Source of the DNA: Entomortierella parvispora E1425
Lineage: Eukaryota > Fungi > Mortierellomycota
Length of the DNA: 64,000 nt
Direction: 5' to 3'
Assembly: GCA_020891255.1 (NCBI GenBank)
Contig: BQFW01000008.1
Coordinates: forward strand, 1,488,001-1,552,000
Shown: positions 37,044 through 49,728 of the stretch, piece after piece
Layout: each line of letters starts with the position of its first letter
How positions within the stretch are numbered: the stretch's first letter is position 1
Made by a program: the position numbers and the translations under genes
Notes under the pieces: generated by a model
Databases searched by the model: none
Seen by the model: the letters and a program-made list of their open reading frames with translations, nothing else
Told to the model about the DNA's origin: nothing

Positions 37044-37934
37044 GATGGAAGTGATGCGGGGAGAGGTGAAGATGGATGAGGAGAAGAGAGGAGAGAGAAG
37101 GAGAGAGGGGAAAGAAAAGCCAGGCCAGAGAGGGCCATGCTGGATGGACGATGAAAACATAAACAAAAAATCGAACCCCGCCCAGGGCAACTCTTATCAA
37201 ATTTCCATCAAGAAACGGGTTGCCCTTTTGGGCCTGGAGACAGTGTCGTCACATCTGAGCCCGCGGTGGAGAGCAGCCATGTGGGCACTGGAGGATGAGG
37301 CGCGTTCTTCTTTCCTCTCTTGGGTGCCTGGGAAACAATTCTCGGGGAGGGCATTTTATTGTTTGAAGATGGCTCTCGGTCCAACGGCAAGTTGCGTTTT
37401 GCAGATCAGCAGAAACTCGGGTCGTTCGTCGTCAAGTGGGAGGGAAAAGAAAAAAAAAGGGGACGCAATTACTTGAAGAAATAAAAGAGCAACTCTACAA
37501 CAAACAAAGCAGCAGCAGCAAGAGCAAGGGAAAAAAGGTATGCTTTAGGGCATGGCAGGGACGTCGTTGGACAAGGAGGGGATTGTGCGAACGAACGAAG
37601 GAGTGAGGGTTGGTGATGGGAAGAGTGCCGCACTGTTGCAATAATGGAGTGGAGTATATACAACGCAACAATACGGACTTTATAGGCTGGAGAAAGTCTT
37701 GCTTAGCAAAGGAGAGAAGGAAAAGAATTGTAGGAGAGGGAGGGATGGCATTTTACAAGGTCGGGCAGAGTGTCATAATTGAGTGCGCATTAAGAAATAA
37801 TAAGGGCCGTAGCAAGGCCAAAGTAGTAGGAAGGAAGGGGAAGAGTGCTTCACTCGCGGCACACCAAAACGGCCAAACTGCAAGATGGAGCATGGAACGT
37901 GAAGGATTGTGGGAGAGAGGAACTGTCCAAGATC

Positions 37935-40162
37935 CTAACGGGACCAACCGTCATCCTCTCCTGGAGGTTTAGACGAAGTTGCAGTGTTTGGCTCGGGCAC
38001 GCACTTGTACTCGCCGCCAACACATTGAAAGACTTGTTCTCCGAGAACAATCTTCTTTGGAAGTATCATCCTGCTACTATCCTGCTTCCACGGCCGGACG
38101 CCATCATCTTGAGACATTCTTTGGAGTGCTTGACCAGCTTTGAAAAACTCAACAAGCTCTTGATGAGAGAGCCCTGAAAGCGTTGGTGCGGAAGTAGATG
38201 CTTGAAAGTCCATACTATCATGCTCTGGTGATCGCATGGATGGGTGCTGAGATGATGGCAAGTACTGTGGCGGGAGTTGATGTAGTTGACTATGGTTGTG
38301 GTGTTGTTGCTGTTGCTGTTGCTGTTGTTGCATCTGAAGTCGTTGTTGTTGACGAAGTTGCTGTTTCTGAGCACGGCTCGAGCCACTGTTACGGCCCAGT
38401 CCCTGCGCTGCCTGCGTGTTACTGGAGACATAGTTGTTGTAGGCAACGTAGTTTGCGGCGATTCTGTTGGCGATTGGCATGGGGCTACGCGTTGGGGGTC
38501 TTCCTCGTCGAGTCCGTCCAGTCTTTGTGTTTGAACTGGCGCCCGAGAGCGCAAAGGCGGTACTCATGGGCATCGGTGATGAGTTGCGGCGAGAGAGGTC
38601 AAGACGTGCGAGACCAAACATTGGGTCTTCTTGCTCGCTTGCACACGAGTCACCATCGACATCAATGTCCTCTTCGTCGTACGAGCCTGTCATTGACTGA
38701 TGTTCCTCCTCATCTTCTGTAGAGCCATCCAAGAGCCGGTCTTCGTCCTCGTCCTCATCATCATCATGGTCGCCTTGGGGATCAAAGCGACCCGTCTGGT
38801 GGAATCGCTGCTGGTCTATTTCTAAACCAGAGTCTTCTTCCTCCTGATCCAGATCCAAGTCATCGTGGTCACCGTCATCACTGTCGCGCTGGTGGTCTTT
38901 GTTACGATTAAGTAAGAACGACGAGGACGACGAAAGATGACTGGAAGCAGGCGCGTTCGCCTGGTGGAATCGACTGATGCGGCTCACATCATTGCTAGAG
39001 TACCGTCGCTTTAAACTCGGGTGAATGTGTGTCTGCTGGAGCCGCAGCTGTTGGGCGCCCATGGCTGTCTGGCGCTGACCGACCACGCACTCTGAGGCGC
39101 GTCTTCTGACAACCGTCAAGTGAATAGAGCCAAAGCCCGGTGTATCGGGAGGAATACAATCGTTGACAAACCCTTGACCAAAAACTGGCACGAGTTCATG
39201 TCTTAACTTGTAGCAGGTCTTCTTTGCAAGGTCATAGGCCTCCTGGTGTGGCATCCTATAATCAAAAAGTAAAGTTCAGGGGCAAGCCATGCGAATCATG
39301 GATGTCAGAGTCTGCGTCGTGTCAGGCATGGCCCTTTCTATTTTCTTGTGAAAAAGGTGGACGCTGGGATAGTGCTTTACCAAGTGCCTTGGATCTTGAG
39401 AAAGCCTCCACGCACTTTACGGATGATTGACTCGAGAATCGGGTTTGCATCGATGATTTTGACGATATCAGCCTTTGTTTTTCCAAGGGCCTTCCAGATA
39501 CCAGTGAAATGAACATACAAGTTCTCTTGGTCCCACATGATGGGATGGCCATAGAGCTCATACTCGTAGACTGCAAATGTAGAGGTCTCGGTCAATTATC
39601 AGGTTACACGGAGGAGGTTGGGCCTTCTTGCCGCAATGCGATCAAGAGCAAAATGGGGTTTACCTGGAATGAACCCGCGAGGGTCCAGTGATGTCGAGTA
39701 CTTTGCTTTCTTGATGTTAGCCACAAAGTTTTCACCCACGCCAGTTGAGACTTCACCCGAGGCAGAGGCAAGGGTTGAAGATGAGGACGAGACTGAGGGA
39801 AGAGAGGGGGTCGAGGGTGAGGTGTTGGAGTGGCTGGAATATGGGTAGGCCGGGGGCAAGGCTGCTCCTGCGGAAGAGGGCTTGATGTTTATGGCGGAAG
39901 AAGAGATGGTCGAGGATGCGGAGGAGGAAGAAAGAGGGGGGTGGCTATGATGAAGCTTGGTCTGATTGTTTGCCTTCAAATCCTGCAGGCCTTGCTGCTG
40001 CTGTTGTTGTGGATGCTGTGGAGCGTGGCCATGGTGCTGATGCGGGTGCTGGTGCGGCGGATGTTGTTGATTGTAGTGTGGGTGTTGCTGCTGTGGGTGC
40101 TGGTGCTGGTGCTGGAGAGAGTGCTGGTGCTGCTGCTGCAGCATCTGTTGGTGGCCAAGCAT
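37935..40162 (-). CDS. APSES/KilA-N transcription factor (Xbp1-like); 3 exons
   Basis: KYSTSLDPRGFIP/VYEYELYGHPIMWDQENLYVHFTGIWKALGKTKADIVK...VRGGFLKIQGTW is an APSES fold. It also has Gln/His-rich tracts, an acidic tract and an AT-hook-like RRGRPP. Confidence 0.85.
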
Positions 40163-40294
40163 CCAGGGGAGTGATAGCTGATGACAGAAGCGAGTGTTGT
40201 TAGGGTGACAGGGAAGCGAGTCGGGATAATTTAGCAATAGATGTTTAGCAGTTGGATGTTCGGAGATTGCTTGAATGAGGATCAACGACTGGGA

Positions 40295-40297
<3 letters not shown>

Positions 40298-40346
<49 letters not shown>
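40298..40346. repeat. (GA)24 microsatellite in the APSES gene leader
   Basis: Read directly from the sequence. Confidence 0.9.
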
Positions 40347-40349
<3 letters not shown>

Positions 40350-40459
40350 AGGGCAGAGAAGCAAGAGTGAGAGCAAGAATGAGAGCAAGAATGAGAGCAA
40401 GAGAAGAAAAGTGAAGAATGAGAGAGTGGAAGAGAGAGAGAGAAAGAGGAGGACCAGAA

Positions 40460-40492
<33 letters not shown>

Positions 40493-40625
40493 GTTGTGCG
40501 AGGGAGGAAGAAGAGTAGGCGGACAAAAGGACGAGGAGGAAAGAAGAGTCAGGGAGAAGGAGGAGAGTGCACGATGAGGACTAGAAACAGAACAGAGGGC
40601 AAGACGAGAAGAAGGGGCACAAGGG

Positions 40626-40702
40626 GGACAGGACAGGACAGGACAGGACAGCACAGGATAGGACAGGACAAGACAGGACAGCACAGAGGACAGACAGGAC
40701 AG
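40626..40702. repeat. Degenerate (GGACA)n pentamer tandem repeat
   Basis: GGACA x5, then variants GCACA, GGATA and AGACA. Confidence 0.85.
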
Positions 40703-42892
40703 AGAGACGAAGAGAGAAAGAGAGAGAGAAAGACAAGAGGCCACAGGTCCAAAGAAAGAAGGACGGGCCATGCGGATGAATCGTGTCGGTGGCAGGGTGT
40801 GGAAGAGAAGGGGATGGGCGAGGTTGGTCAGACTTGATCCTGTCAGGAGTGAGGGGTTCGCGCAAAGAAATAAAGCACTCTTCTTTGACTTCATTATTAT
40901 TTCTTTTTCTCGCGTGGAGGGAGGCAACACAAACAGTGTGGCGAAAAAGAAAAAAGATTGGATCGAATCGAGTGGAGGGCATAGTGTGGAGAACAAAATG
41001 AACCGAGGTGGTCGTGGAGTGGATCTGGATCTGGGAATGACAATGATTCCTCTGGTCCATTGTCACTTTCTCGGGCATCAGAGCACAGTTATTGACGGAC
41101 TAGCATATCGGTGTGTTGGAATGTGGTGCACTTACGCCGGACCACTGCCTCCTCTTGGGCACAGAACCAGGAGCCATCCACAAGCGACCCAAGGAGAGCC
41201 ATGTGGGCGGGACAAATGGAGACGCCACTTGATGTACGTTATTGCATTGATCGGGCGATCTTCGTTGGACGAGGCGATATACTGACTCTTGCTCGAGTCC
41301 AGTACTGTATCACCATGTCGAAGATGAGCTGCACTGTCAGACAGACGGTGAGGAGGCGGCTTATGAAGCAGCTTTGGGAACAGGCGGGGCGCCGAGAAAG
41401 TGGACGAGTGGAGAGACTCAATGCATTCAACTTGCACGAAGTGGTTGCTGCATTGCATCCCGACGTTCACCCTTTACTTTGGCGACCACAATGGGTTCCG
41501 AGGGAGAGGAGGTTCATGTAAGTACATGCAAGGGTGGGAAAACGTAGGGCACGACGACCACACAAAGTCAATGCATCATCATCATGGGCCAAGAGGAGGC
41601 AAGTGATGCGCAAGGAGATAGTGGGGTCATCCCAATCTGCCCTTGCGACCTCTCCTTTCCTCCTCTCCTTCTCTCCTTGCAACCTTTTTTTTTGTTTTGT
41701 TTTTCTTTTTTTTTTCTTTTGTGATTCTCCACGCACAAACAAACAAGGCTTCCCCAGCACAAAGCCCGATCAAACACCGCTTTGCACTTCATGAGAACCC
41801 AAAGCGTGTCATAACAGCAGCTGGATGCGAGGAGTCGGGAATTGTTGAGAAGACGGAGAAAGAGGGTAGAAGGGCTCCTTTTTGTTCGCAGGGCCCCTTT
41901 GGATTTATGTAACCCACAAGTCCGTGCCTTCCAAAAAAACCACCTCGGGACAAGGGGTTCTGGCCGTAGCTCTGGCTTGAGGTCATGATCTCAATCAATT
42001 CCCGAGGTGTAGAGTTCCTCGACGGCGAAAGGAAGGCTGGCAAAGTAAGAAAGAGGCAAGGAGATACTGGGAATAGGCATCACAGGACTCCTGATTCAGA
42101 AGAGCTAGGGGCAGACCACGGGAGTGATGTCGACGGTGCTATTCTTGGAGGTGCGTATCCTCCCAAAGATGAAGAACAGTGGTGCGGCCTTGGGGTGGGT
42201 CTAATGCTTTGGGTGGATCAATTAGACATGCAGCTGCATGTCGGTCCGAGCGCTCTTCTACGACCGAGAAAAGAGAAGGGGAGAGAAAGACAAGGGGGTG
42301 GTTCGACACGCGTGCTTGACGCGTGCCGATTGCAATCACCGCAGATCGGCCAGCAAAACAACAACACAAAGGCAGACAAAGAGAAATTAGTGGCGTTGCA
42401 CGTTCCATTGTTCCATTGTGTCTGTTCCTTGCCTGTCCAGCCTTTGGAGCAATGATGATTTGCACCTGCATGCACAGCACAGCGTGGGCCGTGTCCACGT
42501 TCTTGCAGCAACCGCAACGGACGGTTCCACCGCGGAAGTGCACGCACGATGAGCGCATCGAAAGTCACGGGATCGCATCACATCGCCGCTGCAATTCGCC
42601 CGTGAGAGAGACACGTTGCGGCAGTGCGATTTTTTCATATGCCGACTCACCAACATGCATTGGCTGCATTCTTTGGTCCATGCAGCTCGTCATTCGTTCA
42701 CTTTGTTCATCCATCATTCTCATCAACCTACCTCCCTACTCTCTCCCTCCCCACTTTCTGTGTCTGTTTCTCTCCCTCTCCTGTCCCTCTGGCTCTTTTC
42801 GTCATCTGGCATCTTGCCTTTGGGTCTAATTCTTCGCAACTTCTGCATCCCATTTCTCTTCATTCCACACCTCTCGGCTCGCTGTGCGTACT

Positions 42893-45800
42893 ATGAATCC
42901 TGGAGGCAGCAACAGCAAAAGCAGCTGCACGAGTAGTCCGTCTTCAACCCATGGCCGTGCTCTAGTCAAGGACACAGCCTCGATCAAATCGTCGCCTGGT
43001 ACCCTGTCCGGACTGGACCTGTTGGCCAGTGCAAAGCGCGGCCCTTCTGTCTGTGCGTCGGTATGTCATTTCCTAGATTCAAATCCAGCGTATCTGCCCA
43101 CTGTCGTCATGGGTACGCTTTTCATCGTCTAACTCCCTGATTCTCTATCCACTCCTCTGTCTCTCTCTCTCTCTGTGTCTCTCTCTCATCTGATCTATCT
43201 CTTTCTGTACTCCGTACAGAGTAACAACAGCGATAGTGCGACCATTCTTAAATCCTCTTCGTCGTTGTCGCTGGATCAAGTCGGTGTTGGCTCAGAAGGC
43301 AATAGCGCTTCCCGATCCTTGGAGAGCATCATGCGAAAGACGAGTGCCTCATCTTTATCTGGTCCGAGAGTTTCACAAAAGAGCAGCGCCTCTACTGCAG
43401 ATCTCTCTGTTGCGGTGACCCCATCAAAAATGGACAATACCACAGCAGACACGACAATAATAGCGCCATCGACGCCTGCTATTGATACAGTGCAAGAAGC
43501 TGACCTTGCTTCGCGCAGCCCACCTCAGGAACCGGCTCAGGAGTCACCGTTGCTTGGTGTAGTAGCCTCAACGGACGACAAGTCCCCCATGGAGGTCGAT
43601 CCAGCATTACCACCACAGCCAGTATCAAACAAGATGGAGCCGATCGCCCGAACCAACAGCCGCGATACTGTCCGCACAGGAGACAGCGGTGCTAGCGAGA
43701 GAATGTCGTCCCTGGGCGTGCTTGCCACGTGGTGGTCTGGAAGCAGCAGTACGACGCCCGCCTCTTCCAATCGCATCGCCGCCCCTGACCACGACCAGGG
43801 CATACATACTCAGGGCAGTTCACTCGCTTTGACCACAACCACAACGGGCTCGTCGATCACTTCCACCTCAACCACCACCACCACGCTCGCATCTTCCATA
43901 CCAGCCACCTCGACTTCACCTCCTCCTGATAGTAAAAGTGTCAGAGGTGGGGACAGCATGGATTGGGAGCCAACAGGACCAGAGGCCGCTTTCATTCAGA
44001 GGACAAAGCAAACCGCTCAGTCATCATCCTTACCTTCATCTCTACCCTCCTCTTCGGCCTTTCCAACCTCTATGCTCAAGCACTCCAAACTTGTTGATGC
44101 AGCAAGTCAGCGCCGAGGATCGTCCCCTTCAACACAGGGATCACTCTCAACACTACTCTGGAGTAAGCTTGCGGCAAGTCAGGACAATTTGGTTTCCCAG
44201 GGACCAATTGCTTACAGCAAGATCGAGCATACTACAGAAGGAATACCAACAAGTGCCACCGCCGACTCTGTCGCCGATGCGGATGTAGACTTTAATAGAA
44301 CAGGTAGTCTCGCCATTGCGCCCCTAAACGCCAAAGCGCCTGATTCGCAAAGCAGCAGCAGCAAAAAGCGATGGTCCATATTTGGATATGGCTCCAAGGA
44401 CGATGACGACAGAGGTGCACCTGCGACTGGCAGATCTCTTCTGAGGAGTGGCGACGTGATTATCGAATCCGAGTCAAGACCCTCGAGCATCAGGGAGCCT
44501 AGCCAACGACCTGACACGCCAGTATCAACAGTAGCACCATCCACCACTGACGCCGCAGCATCACCCCCTTTGGCTATGAAGTTGGATGGACCTACGCCTA
44601 TGAAAACAGAGTTTGTAGAGGCGATAGACGAAGGTGGAGCCATTGCGCCAGCCACTGTGGGAACATCAGAACTGAGTGTCGTCGTCCCTCCTGGAGCTGC
44701 TATCATGGCAAGTAAAGCCAACTCCAACGATAACTCCAACGGTGCTCTCTCCAACAGTAGCAGCTGGTTGGCTATGATTCCGGGCTTCAGCTCCAAGGCA
44801 GATGGCGTAGCACCAATATGGAGCAGCCACCAAGTGACCGATTACGAGGAGGGTGAGCGCAAGGACATCAATGGAAGCAGTATCAAGCTGGAGGCCCAGC
44901 CAAGCGGAAGGACATTTGCACAGATGACAGAAGCTAGGAACTCGAAGGAGAGCCTTTCTGTCAAGTCAAATGCTTCGGGAGGTGCGAGAGAGGGACAGAC
45001 TTTTGCACAACTGAAAGAGCGGGAAAGCAAAGAGAACGGACTTGTCGAGGAAGCGGGCAGGGCGGCGGCGTCCTTGTCGAAAGTGATTCTTAAAAAGAAG
45101 AACATGGTCTTGCCTAATTACTACGAACAGTTCCCAGATGTCCGCCAGAGTCTGCTTACAATTCCCATTGGACAGATGGATGTGCCCATGGACAGTCCTA
45201 AACATGCAAGGTCAGGGTCGATTGTGAAGAGCGCTGTCAACGCACTGAGCTCACTTTTGTTCTCAAAACCGCCCACCGCTCACCAGGATGCGCCTTTGAC
45301 AAGCGATGAGGCGCTCCATCGCGGTGCCAGTGGTATCCAAAAGGTCGTCATCATTGGAATCCACGGCTGGTTTCCAGTGAAGCTTATTCGAACCGTTATT
45401 GGTGAGCCCACAGGCACGAGCAAAAAGTTTTGCGACGAAATGGGCCTTGCTTTGAAAGACTACCTCAAGCTGCACAATGTTGAGCTAAAGCCCGAAAACA
45501 TCAGTCTCATTCCGCTGGAGGGCGAAGGAAAGGTGCTGAACAGGGTGGAGATTCTATATCAGAACCTTGTCAAGAACGAAGAATGGAAAAATGCTCTCCA
45601 CGAAGCTGATTTGGTACTGGTGGCGACCCATTCGCAGGGAACTCCTACGAGTACGATACTGATCGCGCGGTTGATTGATGAAGGTCTACTGCGAGTCAAG
45701 GAGCACGACCCCAAGATGCAGCGCGTCGGTATCCTGGCGATGGCAGGGATCTCCCACGGACCTTTCCCGTCCCTGAAAGGAAACTTGATCGTGCGTTGGT

Positions 45801-46556
45801 TCGAGGCGGAGGCTGCTCAGGAGCTCTTTGAATTCATGGACTCGGAGACAGATATCGCGAAAAAGTATCGAGAGGCGCTCCGGACGGTGCTCACCTCTGG
45901 CGTCCGGTTTACATGTGTCGCCAGTTTGGAAGACCAAGTCGTTCCACTTTACTCGGCTGTGATGACCTCAATTCATCATCCTTCCATCGTTCGGGCTGTG
46001 TACATTGACGGGGCTAGTTTCCAGGACGACTTTTTGACCAACTTGATATCGTTCTCGATGCGTCTGCGCAATTCTGGTGTGGACGATCATGGCGTTTTGG
46101 TGCACCTGAGTGAAGTTGTGGCTGGAAGTATTTACGGCGAAGGACACTCGACCATCTATGAAGAGCGCGAGGTGTACTTGTAAGTTATCTGACGTAGGAA
46201 TGAGTTTGACTCTTGCACTTTCTCCTTGCAGTTCTGACCGCTCTTCCTTTTATTTGTTATTTTTTTTTCCATTCAGACTGGCCATTCGATCGCTCCTAGA
46301 GCCCCCCAGCAGTTTGACCTCTGAGATGGCACGCAGCGAACCAATCCTCCATCCATTCAAGGCCAAGCAGACATTGAATCCATTTTACCTTCCTTGGGGT
46401 ATGCGCGGTGTCATGGATGAGCTCAAGGCACGAGGAGATCAAGTCTTAGATGATGAAATGGAGCGACTCAAAAAGCTCTACGATGACTGGAGGCCAGTAT
46501 CCAAGGGCATGAAGGAGATCAAGTTTAGATTGGAGCCGGTCCGCTCTAAGCTTTAG
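42893..46556 (+). CDS. YML020W-family protein with predicted alpha/beta-hydrolase C-terminal domain and PTS1; 3 exons
   Basis: KVVIIGIHGWFP...EPTGTSKKF, VATHSQGTP, EDQVVPLYSA and GEGHSTIY; ends RSKL-stop. First exon is ATG 42893 to a donor near 43061, acceptor near 43219, last intron near 46181-46276. Confidence 0.82.
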
Positions 46557-46578
46557 CTCCCTGTATTTTTATTTGTCA

Positions 46579-48038
46579 TTAAACTGGCTGTATAACATTC
46601 ACAAACTCGGGATCATCTTCTCTATCCTGTAAATCGACCGCAGGAAGTTCGAGTTGGCTAGGGAACAAGTGTATTGCCAGGTCGTTGAAAGCCCTGTCGT
46701 CCTCGAATTTGATGGCAGGAAGATCTGAAACTTTGGCAATTGAAAGTGCTGGCAAGATAAAAGGCGCTTGTTTGGCCTGCTGTTTGAAAGAGGGACTGAT
46801 AATAATGATCAAATACACAGTAAATGTTAGAAATATGACAATGACGGTCAAGCGATGTACAGTGTTTTACCTTTCGTCGTATCTTGTGAAGCGGTTACCA
46901 AGGATGACGATTTTATCCAATTGCTCGCGACTCCAATTGAACTCCAAAACTTGAGAGTACAGCCCCTTGGGGCAGTGGGGCATATACAACAGGGTGCGAT
47001 GCTGCTGGACTGGTTTCTTTGATGTCTCATCTTTGGCATCCAATACAACTAATCCTAAATGCTTCGCTAACTCGCAATCGTATTTGGACATGACCGGATC
47101 ATACAGCGAGACAGATCCGGATATCTACATTAAAATTCAAGAGCATCTTAGCAATACAGCCATGGGGCAAATGCATCATCAAAAGCCGAACTGTAAGGTA
47201 TACTTGCTTACCTCGAGTATATCTTTGATGCAGAGCGCAAGGGCCAGTTGAAACTGAGAGTTTTTTGAAGACTCGATAGATCCAATTCCGTAACAGATAA
47301 TGTCCTTAAAGGAGTCTGGGTCATTCAATGGCTTTGCGCCTATGGTGCCGTCGGGCAATGAGGTGGATTCCATTGTTTGAGCTGCTGCTTCCAAAGTGCT
47401 GTTCGTCGATGTTGATGCCACGCTATTCTCGCCTGTTGAGGGTGCTGACTCTGTCTGCTTCCTTTCGTTCTTGGACGAGCATGGAGGTGAGAGTGTAAGT
47501 CTTACAAAGTCTATTGTGTGTCGAAGAGGAAATAAGTTAGCCAGAGAAAAAAAAAGAAAAAAAGAATCCACAATTATTCTTGCTTACCTCGGAAAGCGAC
47601 GTAAAACTTGGATTGCTTGAGAGTCATGATCCGCTCTTCCATCATGTTTTGACCCCATTCGATTGTTCTATCTTCGTCTTCTTGTCCTCGGGATCCCATC
47701 ATCTTTGCGCGCTGGCTGTTCTTCTTGACTTTGCCGCCTCCTCGTCGCATAGTCCATCCTGGGAGCTGTGGAGCCGTATCGGCTTCCTGGGCGACCTTGT
47801 TGGATAGTGGCGGTTGTGCTTTGTTAAGTGAATGTGTGTTTGCTGGACCACGCCCTTTCTTCTTTTTGGAGGTTACAAAGGTAAAAGGCTCTTCTTCGGG
47901 TTCCTTTTCCAGCAGCAGCTGCTCCTCCGTTTCATTCACTTGCATCTGATCAGCGGCATTTGGCTTTGACAGGTCCTGGGGTATACTATTAGCGGGCTCG
48001 CATGTAGGCGCGTCTGGAAGTGGATTCGTCGATGCCAT
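46579..48038 (-). CDS. SRR1: SRR1/Ber1-domain protein; multi-exon (start may be upstream at 48071 or 48182)
   Basis: IICYGIGSIESSKNSQFQLAL, LYDPVMS, TLLYMPHCPKGLYSQVLEFNWS, IVILGNRF and AFNDLAIH are SRR1-family motifs. Confidence 0.85.
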
Positions 48039-48555
48039 GGATGAGCTGTCTAGAGAGATGCAATGGGTTTGCACCAGCATGTCTTTCTGCCTGATCGAAA
48101 GAACAACAAGACATTCGGCTGCTGCGCCACGCTTTGTGTTGTTTTCATCGTGCACGCTTTCCAAGCCACATTTCGGGCACATCCTGCCCGCATTGTCCCC
48201 ACAGTCGCGGTGGACTATTCTGACCGACACATTACCGTGTATGCCTTGAAGCGCTACTGTAGTTAGACTACATACTGCACTCTATTGGTGCTCCCAAGCG
48301 CACCGTCCAGGGTGTCGCACGATCGTGTCTCAACTTGTGTTTCCCCGCAAGGTCCTTCGATAAGCGCCACGGGTGGGCAACAAGATTGCCCGCCCCGCGT
48401 CTACACGAAGAAAGTTTCAACGAGGAAAAAGAACTGCCCGAAGAAAGAGACGCGCGAAACTTTTGGTTACGTTTGAAGAAGACATGACCTTGTCCCCACT
48501 TTTTTAGTACCTCCGTCGGGGAAGTTGACAGGGTGCAACGTAAAAAGGGTTCAAG

Positions 48556-48562
48556 TATAAAA
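48556..48562 (+). promoter_or_regulatory. TATA box of the dehydrogenase gene
   Basis: TATAAAA 108 nt before the ATG, followed by a CT/CA-rich leader. Confidence 0.6.
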
Positions 48563-48663
48563 GGAACAAGTCTGACTACTTTTCCCTTGCATCCTCAACA
48601 TCATCTTGCATAACACCTCTTTTACCCTCTTTCACCCTCTCGGCTCTTAGCGTAACTTCCACA

Positions 48664-49728
48664 ATGAACCATCTACTTCACCTCAAGCATCAAGACAGAA
48701 TCGGCTGGATCGGTCTCGGCAAGATGGGCTACAACATGGCCCACAACCTCCAGCGCTATCTGGGCTCGTTGCACTTGACCATGACCGTCTGGAACCGCTC
48801 TCCAGAAAAGAGCGCAAAGATGCACAGCCATGGTGCTCATGTCGCCAAGAATCTTGAGGATCTCGTTGCTCAGAGCAACATCATCTTCACCTCGCTCGCC
48901 AACGATAGCGCGGTCGAGGAGATCTATTCCACTTTGTTGGAGCTCGCGAGCCAGGTGGACCACCCAATCATCTTTGTCGAAACCAGTACCATCTACCCTA
49001 CCTTGGCCACAAAGATCTCTCAGCAAGTCGCAAGCCTTCCCCAGAAGCACATTTACCTCCAATGCCCCGTCTTTGGTCGACCTCCCGTGGCCAAGGCCGC
49101 CAAGTTGGTCTGGGTGACCAGTGGAGACGAGAAGGCCATTAAGAAGATGTGTTTGTACTTCACTACCATGTCCAAGAGTATCATCCATCTCAAGACCCTC
49201 GATGTAACCAAGGCCTGTAACTTCAAGCTCATTGGCAACTTTTTCGCTGCTGGATCCGTGGAACTCTTGGCCGAAGGGTTGACATTGGCAGAAAAGTCCA
49301 ACGTGGATCAAGAGTCAGTCCTCAAGTTTGTCGAGACCTTCTTCCCCGCCCCTTCTTGGTTGGAGTACTCTCGCAAGATGGTCGACGGTCAGGTGTCACA
49401 GAAGGAGGCCAACTTTTCGGTCAACCTTGGTCTCAAGGACGTTGGCCACATGCGCCAGCTCGCCCAGGACTCTGGTGCCTCGTTGCCCACGGCAGATTTG
49501 GCTTACAGACACTTGAAGGCCGTTCAAGACCAGGGAAGAGGCGATGAGGATTGGAGCAGTCTGATCAACACCTTGCGTTCTGCCTCCTCGTTGCCCTCGG
49601 TGGTTGAGCAATCCGTTGATGTCAAGGAGAGGTACATCCCAGAGGATCATAAGCCTGTGGGTGACAGCCACCAACAACTTCTTCTCCACCAGAACGATGC
49701 CGTCCTTGCTGCTCACCGTGAGCAGTAA
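48664..49728 (+). CDS. Beta-hydroxyacid dehydrogenase (6-phosphogluconate/3-hydroxyisobutyrate dehydrogenase NAD_binding_2 family, glyoxylate-reductase-like), intronless
   Basis: Rossmann IGWIGLGKMGYNMA, WNRS, ETSTIYP, CPVFGRP, catalytic K in FKLIGNFF, and FSVNLGLKDVGHM. Confidence 0.9.
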   Translation: MNHLLHLKHQDRIGWIGLGKMGYNMAHNLQRYLGSLHLTMTVWNRSPEKSAKMHSHGAHVAKNLEDLVAQSNIIFTSLANDSAVEEIYSTLLELASQVDHPIIFVETSTIYPTLATKISQQVASLPQKHIYLQCPVFGRPPVAKAAKLVWVTSGDEKAIKKMCLYFTTMSKSIIHLKTLDVTKACNFKLIGNFFAAGSVELLAEGLTLAEKSNVDQESVLKFVETFFPAPSWLEYSRKMVDGQVSQKEANFSVNLGLKDVGHMRQLAQDSGASLPTADLAYRHLKAVQDQGRGDEDWSSLINTLRSASSLPSVVEQSVDVKERYIPEDHKPVGDSHQQLLLHQNDAVLAAHREQ

